From contig JADHVV010000002.1 of NCBI GenBank assembly GCA_016783825.1, positions 3,259 to 67,258 of the forward strand: a DNA stretch of 64,000 nt. Reading direction: 5' to 3'. This document shows positions 15,633 to 25,038 of the stretch, piece by piece. The notes under the pieces are model-generated. The model made no database searches. It worked only from the letters and a program-made list of their open reading frames with translations, and was not told the DNA's origin. How positions within the stretch are numbered: the stretch's first letter is position 1; each line of letters begins with the position of its first letter. The DNA comes from Candidatus Zhuqueibacterota bacterium. GTDB taxonomy: Bacteria > Zhuqueibacterota > Zhuqueibacteria > Thermofontimicrobiales > Thermofontimicrobiaceae. The translations under genes and the position numbers were made by a program.

Positions 15633-18600
15633 TTAAACATATTCACTCCACCGTTTAGTTTTCAATTTACCAGCCGGCGTCCTTAAAACAGCCTCAGTAA
15701 ATCTTTTTGCCAGTTGCAAATTTGTGATCAAAGGAATGTCCGAATCAACTGCTTTTCTCCTGATCAGGTAGTCATTATCCAATTCTTCTTTATCAATATT
15801 TTTGGGAATATTAATTACCAAATCGATTTTGCCTTCTGACAAATAAGTCAAAATATTGGGTTCTTTATTTTCCAGGGGCCAGTACAGCACTTCTGCTTCT
15901 ACTTTGTGTGATTTCATAAAATCAGCCGTGCCTTTTGTGGCATAAAATTTAAATCCTAAATCTGCCAAAATTTTGGAACTCTTTATAAAATCAGCTTTAT
16001 TTTCTATTGGACCGGTTGAAAGCAAAATGTTTTTTTCAGGCATCTTAAATCCCACTGAAAGCAAACTCTTCAGAAAAGCCTCGTTAAAATCATCTCCGAT
16101 GCAGGCAACTTCGCCGGTGGAAACCATTTCCACGCCCAACACCGGGTCAGATCCTTTTAAGCGTGTAAATGAAAACTGCGGAGCTTTCACTCCCACATAA
16201 TCCAGGTCGAACGATGTGCTTTCTACTATGGGCAATTCTTCTCCCATAATGAGCTTTGTTGCTCTATCAATAAAATTTAATTTGCTGACTTTTGAAACAA
16301 ATGGGAAACTTCTCGATGCCCGCAAATTACATTCGATCACCATCACATCATTGTCTTTAGCTAAAAACTGAATGTTAAACGGACCGGTTATTTTCAAAGA
16401 TTTGGCAATTTTCCGGGCGATCTTTTTAATCCGTCTCATCGTTTCCAGGTAAGTTCTCTGCGGCGGCAGAACGATTGTCGCATCCCCGGAATGGACACCC
16501 GCATTTTCCACGTGTTCGGATATGGCGTAACAGAAAAGTTCACCTTCAACAGCAACAGCGTCGATATCCAATTCCTTGGCGCCGGTAACGAATTTACTGA
16601 TCACAACCGGATGATCTTTGCTCACATCCGATGCTTTAGCCAGGTAATCATGCAACTCTGTTTTGCTGAGCGCCACACTCATGGCAGCGCCGCTAAGAAC
16701 GTAGCTCGGTCGGATTAAGACAGGGTAGCCTACTTTGTCAGCAAACTTTTCCGCTTCCGGAATGCTGGTCAACTCTTCCCACGGGGGCTGATCAATATTT
16801 TGCTCATCGAGTAAGTTTGAAAATTTATGCCTGTTTTCCGCCATATCAATCTGGTTGGGGTGTGTCCCCAATATTGGCACGTTTGCTGCTGTTAATGGCA
16901 TTGCCAAACTATTTGGTACCTGACCTCCCATAGAAACAATGAGTCCAATGGGATTTTCTTTTTCGTAGATATCCATAACACGCTCAAAAGTGAGCTCTTC
17001 AAAATATAATTTATTGCAGATGTCATAATCGGTACTGACTGTTTCCGGGTTGCAATTTATCATTATTGTGTCATAATTTAAATTATTCAACGTCAGGATT
17101 GAATTCACACAACACCAATCAAATTCAACAGAGGAGCCAATGCTGTACGGACCGCTACCCAGAACGACGACCTGGTTTTTATAAAAGAAACTGACATCAT
17201 CTTCGTTCCCATTATAAGTTAAGTAGAGGTAGTTTGTTTTTGCCGGGTACTCTGCAGCCAAAGTATCGATCTGTTTCACTGAAGGTACTATGCCCAATTT
17301 TATTCGTTTCTCCCGAACAGTCAATTCATTTGTGCGTGTGAAATGAGCAATTTGTTTATCGGAAAATCCCTTCTGTTTTGCCTCTCTTAATTTGAATTCT
17401 GAGACAGCATCAAGTTTTTTGCCTTTGATTGTTTTTGACAATTCAACAATATTCCTAATTTTATAAAGAAACCATAAATTAATTTTCGTGAGTTGATGAA
17501 TTTCTTCTATCGAAATATCTTGTAACAAAGCTTCGGCAATGGCAAACATTCGCTTGTCAGTTGGTTGGGAGAGTTCCTTTTTAATATCTTTGAATTCCAG
17601 GTCATTGCCAACTAAACCGTCCGCGCCGACATTCAGCATACGAATTGCTTTTTGTAAAGCTTCTTCGAACGTCCTTCCTATTGCCATCACTTCACCGACA
17701 GATTTCATTTCAGAGCCGATGTTGTAACGTACGTTGCGGAATTTCTGCAAATCCCAGCGAGGGAATTTGAGCACGATATAATCCAAAGCCGGTTCAAAAC
17801 AGGCAGATGTTTCTTCAGTAACCATATTTTTAAGTTCGGTTAAACTGTAACCAAGAACCAATTTTGAGGCAACAAAAGCCAATGGATAACCGGTTGCTTT
17901 TGAAGCCAGCGCCGAACTTCGGCTCAACCTTGCATTTACTTCAATTATGCGGTAGTCTTCGGAGAACGGATCAAATCCGAACTGTATATTGCACTCACCA
18001 ATGATTCCGAGATGGCGGATCGCTTCGATGGAAATACTTCTTAATTTAAAATTTTCCGAAGCCGTTAATGTTTGCACAGGCGCCACGACAATGCTCTCCC
18101 CGGTATGAATGCCCATGGGATCAACATTTTCCATGGAACAAACAACGATGCAGTTATCATACCTGTCCCTGACCACCTCGTATTCCAGTTCTTTCCATCC
18201 TTCCAAATATTCTTCGATCAGAATCTGATCGGCAAAAGAAAAAGCCTTTTCTGCCAAAGTAACCAGTTCATCTTTGCTGCGGGCAACGCCTGAGCCCAAA
18301 CCGCCAAGCGCATAGGCAATCCTTAACATTACCGGATAACCAAGTTTTTCAGCAATGGCAACAGCTTCTTCCACATCATTGACTGCTTTGCTTTCCGGTA
18401 TTTTCAAATTGGCTTCCCGCATCTCTTTAGCAAATAAAGCCCTGTCTTCGGTCTTTAAAATTGCTTCAACCGGTGTACCTAAAACGCTGACATCATACTT
18501 GTCCAACACGCCACTTTCAAAAAGCGCCACACCGGTGTTCAAAGCCGTTTGTCCGCCAAAGCTTAATAAAATGCCATCTGGTTCTTCTTTTTGAATTACC

Positions 18601-18824
18601 TGCTCAACAAAGTATGGCTCGATCGGTATGAAGTAAATTTCATCAGCCAAATAATCCGAAGTCTGAATGGTTGCAATATTCGGATTGATAAGAATTGTTT
18701 TTATGCCTTCTTCTTTTAATGCTTTTATTGCCTGGCTTCCTGAATAATCAAACTCGCCAGCCTGGCCGATGCGGATAGCGCCCGAGCCTAAAATCAAAAC
18801 TTTTTTAATATTTTTATTCATCAT
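15633..18824 (-). CDS. carB: Carbamoyl-phosphate synthase large subunit
   Basis: 1063 aa with two ATP-grasp halves and an MGS-like C-terminus. The family-typical sequence starts KKVLILGSGAIRIGQAGEFDYSGSQA. 4-nt overlap with carA. Confidence 0.97.
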   Translation of the reverse strand: MMNKNIKKVLILGSGAIRIGQAGEFDYSGSQAIKALKEEGIKTILINPNIATIQTSDYLADEIYFIPIEPYFVEQVIQKEEPDGILLSFGGQTALNTGVALFESGVLDKYDVSVLGTPVEAILKTEDRALFAKEMREANLKIPESKAVNDVEEAVAIAEKLGYPVMLRIAYALGGLGSGVARSKDELVTLAEKAFSFADQILIEEYLEGWKELEYEVVRDRYDNCIVVCSMENVDPMGIHTGESIVVAPVQTLTASENFKLRSISIEAIRHLGIIGECNIQFGFDPFSEDYRIIEVNARLSRSSALASKATGYPLAFVASKLVLGYSLTELKNMVTEETSACFEPALDYIVLKFPRWDLQKFRNVRYNIGSEMKSVGEVMAIGRTFEEALQKAIRMLNVGADGLVGNDLEFKDIKKELSQPTDKRMFAIAEALLQDISIEEIHQLTKINLWFLYKIRNIVELSKTIKGKKLDAVSEFKLREAKQKGFSDKQIAHFTRTNELTVREKRIKLGIVPSVKQIDTLAAEYPAKTNYLYLTYNGNEDDVSFFYKNQVVVLGSGPYSIGSSVEFDWCCVNSILTLNNLNYDTIMINCNPETVSTDYDICNKLYFEELTFERVMDIYEKENPIGLIVSMGGQVPNSLAMPLTAANVPILGTHPNQIDMAENRHKFSNLLDEQNIDQPPWEELTSIPEAEKFADKVGYPVLIRPSYVLSGAAMSVALSKTELHDYLAKASDVSKDHPVVISKFVTGAKELDIDAVAVEGELFCYAISEHVENAGVHSGDATIVLPPQRTYLETMRRIKKIARKIAKSLKITGPFNIQFLAKDNDVMVIECNLRASRSFPFVSKVSKLNFIDRATKLIMGEELPIVESTSFDLDYVGVKAPQFSFTRLKGSDPVLGVEMVSTGEVACIGDDFNEAFLKSLLSVGFKMPEKNILLSTGPIENKADFIKSSKILADLGFKFYATKGTADFMKSHKVEAEVLYWPLENKEPNILTYLSEGKIDLVINIPKNIDKEELDNDYLIRRKAVDSDIPLITNLQLAKRFTEAVLRTPAGKLKTKRWSEYV

Positions 18825-19897
18825 TCTACTGCCCTCAAAAACATGTCAAAAATAAATTCAGTATCGTCTGGTCCGGGTGAAGCTTCCGGGTGAAATTGTG
18901 CGCCAAAAAATGGTTTGGAAATGTGAATGATGCCTTCATTAGTATCATCATTATTGTTAAAAAACCACTCCCGCCAATCCTGGGGAAGCGAATCCCCATC
19001 GATTGCATAACCATGATTTTGCGATGTGATGTAACATCTTTTTGTCCCTGATTCCATGCATGGTTGATTTTGACTGCGATGACCATATTTTAATTTATAT
19101 GTATCCGCACCGGCTGCCAGACCCAAAATTTGAGAACCAAGACAGATGCCCAAAATCGGGATATTTTTTGTAAACGCCTTTTTTACATTCTCAATCGTCT
19201 CTGCGCACATCTTCGGATCACCAGGGCCATTTGATATTAAAATTCCATCAAATTTTTCATTTAAAAAATCATAGTTCCAGGGAAACCTTAGCACGGTAAT
19301 ATCTCTTCTTAAAAACGCGCGAATGATATTATTTTTAACCCCGCAATCAATTAACGCAATTCGTTTCAGACCTTTTTCATAAACAACCGGTTGATCGATG
19401 CTCACTTCTTTCACCAAATTGCTCGCGTTCGGATCAATCAAAGGTTGAGGCTCGGCATCTCCAAAAACTATCTGCCCGAGCATGGTTCCCTGCTCCCGCA
19501 AAATCTTTGTCAACTTTCGCGTATCGATTCCATATATCCCCGGAATTTTGTTCTCCTCTAACCATGAAGAAAGCGACCTTTTTGCATTCCAATGAGAATA
19601 CTCGTTTGAGTAATCGGAAATGATCAATCCCTGAACATGTATTTTCTCTGATTCGAAATACTTAAAAAATCCATCTTCTCTTTCATCTCCGGGCACGCCA
19701 TAATTCCCAATCAACGGGTAGGTAAACACAAGTATCTGTCCTTTGTATGAGGGGTCAGTTAAAGTTTCAGGATAACCCACCATGCCGGTATTAAAGACTA
19801 CTTCCCCGGTTGTTTGTTTTTCATCTCCGAATGAGAACCCGGTAAAGACGGATCCATCTTCTAAAATAAATTTAACTTTTCTTTTTTCAAGCGTCAT
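18821..19897 (-). CDS. carA: Carbamoyl-phosphate synthase small (glutaminase) subunit
   Basis: 358 aa. Class-I amidotransferase motifs GICLGSQIL (nucleophile Cys) and FGAQFHPE. Confidence 0.95.
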   Translation of the reverse strand: MTLEKRKVKFILEDGSVFTGFSFGDEKQTTGEVVFNTGMVGYPETLTDPSYKGQILVFTYPLIGNYGVPGDEREDGFFKYFESEKIHVQGLIISDYSNEYSHWNAKRSLSSWLEENKIPGIYGIDTRKLTKILREQGTMLGQIVFGDAEPQPLIDPNASNLVKEVSIDQPVVYEKGLKRIALIDCGVKNNIIRAFLRRDITVLRFPWNYDFLNEKFDGILISNGPGDPKMCAETIENVKKAFTKNIPILGICLGSQILGLAAGADTYKLKYGHRSQNQPCMESGTKRCYITSQNHGYAIDGDSLPQDWREWFFNNNDDTNEGIIHISKPFFGAQFHPEASPGPDDTEFIFDMFLRAVE

Positions 19898-19930
19898 TTT
19901 TGTTTCCTGTAATTAATATGGATGAAGTTA

Positions 19931-20295
19931 ATCACGAATTTCACGAATTACACTAATATAAAAAATAATTAGTGTCTGTCCGAGCAGTTAGTAATCTTCT
20001 GAATTATAATAAGTTAATGGTGTTGAAAATTGTGCTTATTTAACTCATCCCCCCGGCCCCCTTCTCTTAAAAAGAGAAGGGGGAGATCAAATATACAATA
20101 GTTAACTAATTGTAATTTAGAATGTTACTCCCCCTCTCTTTTTAAGAGAGGGGGCCGGGGGGTGAGTTCGATAATTACAAAACTAATCATTACTAATCTA
20201 TTAAAAATAAAGTATTAAGCTAATTTCGGACAGACACTAATTACACTAATATAATAGAAAAAAAAATTAGTGTAATTCGTGCAATTAGTGGTTGA
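19931..20295. repeat. Nested palindromic repeat complex between carA and the hydrolase gene
   Basis: Outer arms are cacgaatt/cactaat motifs (19931-19959 and 20255-20295). Middle arms are aattagtgtctgtccg (19967-19982) against cggacagacactaatt (20227-20242). Two G/C-rich self-hairpins, ccccggcccccttctcttaaaaagagaaggggg (20044-20085) and its inverted copy (20128-20166), sit inside. Confidence 0.7.
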
Positions 20296-20314
20296 TTTTT
20301 TTCAAATATAATTA

Positions 20315-21754
20315 TTAATTCTTCACTATTTCCAAAATCCAATCACCAATAACTTTCAAAACTGTTGGCGAAATAGTTTCTTCGATCTTTGCATATTCTT
20401 TTACTGCCCCGGTTTTTGCAGTCTGAAATAAGTGATTCAGCCCTGGTAATTCCTTTATTGAATAATTTTGGTTTCCGCCTGACTTTAATGCTTCTTCAAT
20501 AGCAGTTAGGTTTTCTTTGGGCGGTACCTGCAAATCTTTTTCACCATTGATTGCCAGAACAGGACATGTTACTTTTTTTAAAACAATTTCCGGATCATAA
20601 GTCAAAAAGAAACGAAACCATTTTGAAGTGAGCGGTTTTAACTGAACCTCAATTTTTGAGCCCTGATTAGCTAATTTTTCTTTTTCTGCTTCATCCAATG
20701 ATTCCAGTGAAGCTTGTTTCATTTTTTGAATGGCTTTCAGGTTATCTGTTTCCTGCTTTAATATCAAATATAACTTTTCCTGACGAGCACGATTTTTTGC
20801 CAGTGTCTCTTCATTTGCGCCATTCGCTCTCGCAATGAGTGCGCCCTGCAAATAAAGAATTTCTTCCCCGGTTAATCCTGAACCTGCCATTAAAACAATA
20901 AAAGAAACATCATCGGAATTAGCTGCTACCATTGGAGCGACAATACCTCCTTCGCTATGTCCGATCAATCCAATTTTTGTGGAATCGATTTTTTCCCGGC
21001 TTTTTAAGAAATTGATACCTGAGCGCACATCTGCGGCGAAATCCGCTGTTGTTGATTTTGAAACTGATCCCCCGGAACCACCAACGCCGCGATCATCAAC
21101 ACGAAGAACAGCGATCCCCTGCATTGTGAGATAATCTGCCAGCACGAGAAATGGACGATGACCAAATATTTCTTCATCCCGATTTTGTGCGCCGGATCCG
21201 GTAATTAAAATAACTGCAGGGAACGGAGCGCCGGATTTTGGCGTGGTCAGGGTTCCGGCTAATTTTATTCCTGCTTTTTCGTTTAAATATTCAACTTCTT
21301 CTTCATTATAAGAGTATGGCTTTTTGGGCGTTTGGGGACGAATCATTTCCGGTTCCTTTTCAACTTGTTTTAATTCAAGAGGCAAAGTCATGCCACTCTG
21401 ATACCAATTTCCGGTAATTGTATTTTTTTCTTTATTAAAAGAGCCGAGGTATTTTCCCATTGCCACCTTCACTTCGATTCGCAATGAATCATTTTCAAAA
21501 ACCACTTCACTCACCGGGATGTCCTTAGCGCTCTGATCCGGGCTATCCATTTTCGCTGATAATGTTCCGCCTTCTTCCTTTTTGATTTTAAACAGAATCC
21601 GTAATTCAATACCGGAAATTTTTAGTGTTCCCTGCCAGATTCCTTCGATTCCTTTTTCAGCATTTTGATTGATCTGAAAATTGGAGTTAACTGAGTAGCT
21701 ATTGATTGCTAATATTAACAAAATAATTAAAGTGAAAATTATTTTAAATTTCAT
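20315..21754 (-). CDS. Secreted alpha/beta-fold serine hydrolase (479 aa)
   Basis: N-terminal signal peptide MKFKIIFTLIILLILAINSYS. Nucleophile elbow GHSEGG. Hydrolase core from about aa 160. Confidence 0.75.
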   Translation of the reverse strand: MKFKIIFTLIILLILAINSYSVNSNFQINQNAEKGIEGIWQGTLKISGIELRILFKIKKEEGGTLSAKMDSPDQSAKDIPVSEVVFENDSLRIEVKVAMGKYLGSFNKEKNTITGNWYQSGMTLPLELKQVEKEPEMIRPQTPKKPYSYNEEEVEYLNEKAGIKLAGTLTTPKSGAPFPAVILITGSGAQNRDEEIFGHRPFLVLADYLTMQGIAVLRVDDRGVGGSGGSVSKSTTADFAADVRSGINFLKSREKIDSTKIGLIGHSEGGIVAPMVAANSDDVSFIVLMAGSGLTGEEILYLQGALIARANGANEETLAKNRARQEKLYLILKQETDNLKAIQKMKQASLESLDEAEKEKLANQGSKIEVQLKPLTSKWFRFFLTYDPEIVLKKVTCPVLAINGEKDLQVPPKENLTAIEEALKSGGNQNYSIKELPGLNHLFQTAKTGAVKEYAKIEETISPTVLKVIGDWILEIVKN

Positions 21755-21899
21755 GATGTTATTTCATTTCATATTTTATTTTTAGTACATTTTGGGGAAC
21801 TACTCCAATTTAGTCTTACTATTTTGGAGTACACTCCGAAAAAGTTCAAATTACAATATTTAAATTAGAATTTAATCCTATTGTCAATACTAAATTTCC

Positions 21900-24800
21900 T
21901 TATTCAATCAGCACCATCTTTTTACTGATTTTATTTTCACCAATCCTTATTTGATAATAATAGACGCCGCTGCTCACCCGGTTTTCCAAATCATCAGTCC
22001 CATTCCAAATAACTTGATAATCACCAGCGTTCTGAATTTCTTTTTCAACTAATTGTTTTATCAAATTACCTCTCAGGTTAAAAATCCTAACGTTAACCTC
22101 TTTGCCATCTTCAGGTAATTCATAGGAAATAATTGTCGAAGAATTGAATGGATTTGGGTAATTCTGATGAAGTGCAAATGTGGTGGTAAAAAACACATTC
22201 ACTTCGATTGCATGCGAAAATAAATTTGATCCGTCCAAATCCATTTGATTCAATCGGTATTGCCAGGTTCCGGTTTTTATCTCGTGATCAACAAACCGGT
22301 AAGACTGAGGAATAGTCGTTGTCCCGGCTCCTTTTAAAAATCCGGTTGTTTCCCACTCCGCACTATTTTTCTCTTTGCGCTGAATGTAGAAGCCGTAATT
22401 GTTGCTTTCGGTCTCTGTGATCCAATCCAAAATTACAGACTTGGTTTTGTTTTCTGCTGTGAAAGAGGATAATTCTACTGGTATTGCTCCTTCAATTTGT
22501 ACGGTACCATCACTGCTGGAAATTATAACTTCTGATGAACTGACGGTCAAACTCTCAAAATGAATTAAAGAGTAAGTTCCCGTACCTCCCACCACATCAA
22601 ATTCAAGAAAGATCAAATTCCCTTGTCCTTGAAGAGGAATGCTTCCGGACGCTGTTATTTCAAAACTATCTCCAAAATCATCTAGAACCGGGTCATCCCA
22701 GACTGCACTTAAAGAACCGGAAATATCAGCCCCTATAAAATTCAATAAATTATTGTCAAAAGAAATATTCATTTCATAATTAAGGATATTCAAACCAGTT
22801 AAGGAGGAAACTTCGACCGGTAATCGGAGAAGACCACCCTGTACTGATGTATCCGGCAGTGAAACAAGGATTTCCGGTGGTGGAATATAAATTGCAGTAA
22901 CCTGTCCATCCTGTGGACCAAGTATGGGTATTCCATCATTGAAAGTTGCTCCTTTAAAATGAAGGTCTGATATTTGACCGGATGACCCTAAAACATTGAA
23001 ATAGATATTTATCAACGATCCTTTGCCCGTCAAAGGCGTTTCACCAAATAAATTCAAGGTTACCATTCCAATTTTATAATTCACATTTATTTGCCATCCT
23101 TCTGATTTTGTGCCCATGTCAGACACAGCATAGGCAGATAAAATGAATGGATTGAATTGAATTTCCAGAAAACAAGATTTAACATTCATATCCGTTACAT
23201 CACTAATTTTTACCGGAATTTTTATACTTGTGTTGACTAATCCTGTTGTATCTGGCATACTGATTGTTACTTCAGGAGGAGCAGTAATCGTGCAGCTGCC
23301 ATTCGTGGACAAGGCAATCGGATCTCCCTGGTTGAACCTGGTTTGATCAAAATTTAAAAAACTTTGTTCACCTTCTTCTCCAACCGCAGTCGCAATTAAA
23401 TAAATAAGCACACCACTGTCCTGAAGCGCTGTAGTATTTTGCAAGTAAACATTTATCGAATCAGCTGTTACATCGATTGCGGAATTATCCCAACCAGCGG
23501 TTAATGTATTTATTGTTGAAACACTATCAATTGATAGAATGAGTGAATCATATTTAATAATAAATTGACATGTTGAAATTTCCTGTTCTTTTAAATCACC
23601 GATTTTTACCGGGATATTCATTGTTTTTCCCTGCGGACATATCGTATCCGGGATTGAAACAACGATTTCCACCGGTGGTGTGTAATCCTGGGAGGTGCTT
23701 GAATGCGTCAACGGATTTTGATATAAATCGACAACTATTGGCCCAACTTCCCGTGATAAATCTGCCGGTAAAAAATAGGTAACGTAGGGGATACTAAATT
23801 TTCCCTGAATTTTGCTGCCTTTAAACAGAATACCGGTATCGCCATAACTTTTCCCATCCCCTGTATCACCCGTGTCATCAAATGTGCCACCGCCCGATTT
23901 ATCCCAATAATAAAATGAAGCAGTACTGTTGGTTAATGTTTCAAATTCATTTATCATTACGATTGTCCCGGGAGAGCCGGAAATCATATACCAGTTTAAA
24001 TCGGGCAAAGGATAAACAGGTTTGCCAATATTCTCTTTTACACCATCGATATTAATGTTAATATTTGTCGGATCATTAAATTTCATACCAATCGCATTGG
24101 CGTTGAGATCAAAAGATTGCCTAATGAGTTTTATGCCATAATCCGATCCCAGGGATTTGTTCGTACCATAAGCCACCATGTGATAAGGAAAATACTGATA
24201 TTTGAATGTTCCCACAGTAACGTTCATTAGTCCCATAAAATTCATCTCATATTTTATATCGCGAATTGTACGAATAGCACCTGTCTTATATTTTATATTA
24301 CCAACACCTTCCATAGAATTTTCATTCTCATCGTAATCGATTGTTAAGAAAGAATATTTGTATGTACCTTTAATTCGAGCTTTCTGCCTGTCAAGAAAAT
24401 CAATCCCACTTCCTCCAGCAGAAACCGGTACTTTCCATGTATTAGGAATTCCCCGACTATTATGACCTAAAACATAACCTGCTGTTTTTACAGTATCAGA
24501 ATACCCTGAATTATCCGGGACATAAGTCATATAAACCGGCAGTTCTGCATCGGTGATTAGTGTACCGGAGCGATAAATGTAAATATATTTTTTATTTCCC
24601 GGATCGTTTGGATCACTTACTTCAATCTCATACCGGGTGAATTGGCGGGAGTCTTCGTCTTCAATCCATTTTTTATTTGGCGATTTGTCACCAGCATCTT
24701 TTGCCATGACTAGAATTTCATCATTGGAATCTATTACTTGATTTGGTGTAATAAAATAATCCGATCCATCATCTTTTTCGTCAATTTGGTGAGTAATTTG

Positions 24801-24998
24801 TTGCCACTCATTTTCAGTCAGATTATAGGAATAGATAAAAATCTGATCAACTGAAACTGTTAAAAATCCGGGAATTGTTTGACCGGTGATTATAATTGTT
24901 TCATAATCCCGGAAATTATTCCAGTCCGCTTTTACATTAGAAAATAAGATAAGTAGAATTATAATAGGAGTGAATATTATTTTAAAAATATTTTTCAT
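21900..24998 (-). CDS. Large secreted protein (1032 aa): conserved N-terminal domain, three tandem cohesin-like modules, Fn3-like module, T9SS-type C-terminal sorting domain
   Basis: Signal peptide present. Three ~135-aa repeats begin VVSIPDTICPQGKTMNIPVKIGDL, VTISMPDTTGLVNTSIKIPVKISDV and ILVSLPDTSVQGGLLRLPVEVSSL. The C-terminus NYPNPFNSSTIISYELP...GVYYYQIRIG...KKMVLIE is the T9SS type-A CTD pattern. Confidence 0.85.
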   Translation of the reverse strand: MKNIFKIIFTPIIILLILFSNVKADWNNFRDYETIIITGQTIPGFLTVSVDQIFIYSYNLTENEWQQITHQIDEKDDGSDYFITPNQVIDSNDEILVMAKDAGDKSPNKKWIEDEDSRQFTRYEIEVSDPNDPGNKKYIYIYRSGTLITDAELPVYMTYVPDNSGYSDTVKTAGYVLGHNSRGIPNTWKVPVSAGGSGIDFLDRQKARIKGTYKYSFLTIDYDENENSMEGVGNIKYKTGAIRTIRDIKYEMNFMGLMNVTVGTFKYQYFPYHMVAYGTNKSLGSDYGIKLIRQSFDLNANAIGMKFNDPTNININIDGVKENIGKPVYPLPDLNWYMISGSPGTIVMINEFETLTNSTASFYYWDKSGGGTFDDTGDTGDGKSYGDTGILFKGSKIQGKFSIPYVTYFLPADLSREVGPIVVDLYQNPLTHSSTSQDYTPPVEIVVSIPDTICPQGKTMNIPVKIGDLKEQEISTCQFIIKYDSLILSIDSVSTINTLTAGWDNSAIDVTADSINVYLQNTTALQDSGVLIYLIATAVGEEGEQSFLNFDQTRFNQGDPIALSTNGSCTITAPPEVTISMPDTTGLVNTSIKIPVKISDVTDMNVKSCFLEIQFNPFILSAYAVSDMGTKSEGWQINVNYKIGMVTLNLFGETPLTGKGSLINIYFNVLGSSGQISDLHFKGATFNDGIPILGPQDGQVTAIYIPPPEILVSLPDTSVQGGLLRLPVEVSSLTGLNILNYEMNISFDNNLLNFIGADISGSLSAVWDDPVLDDFGDSFEITASGSIPLQGQGNLIFLEFDVVGGTGTYSLIHFESLTVSSSEVIISSSDGTVQIEGAIPVELSSFTAENKTKSVILDWITETESNNYGFYIQRKEKNSAEWETTGFLKGAGTTTIPQSYRFVDHEIKTGTWQYRLNQMDLDGSNLFSHAIEVNVFFTTTFALHQNYPNPFNSSTIISYELPEDGKEVNVRIFNLRGNLIKQLVEKEIQNAGDYQVIWNGTDDLENRVSSGVYYYQIRIGENKISKKMVLIE

Positions 24999-25038
24999 TT
25001 TAATTTTTTTTTTGTTAGTTTTTTTTTAAAATCAAGTT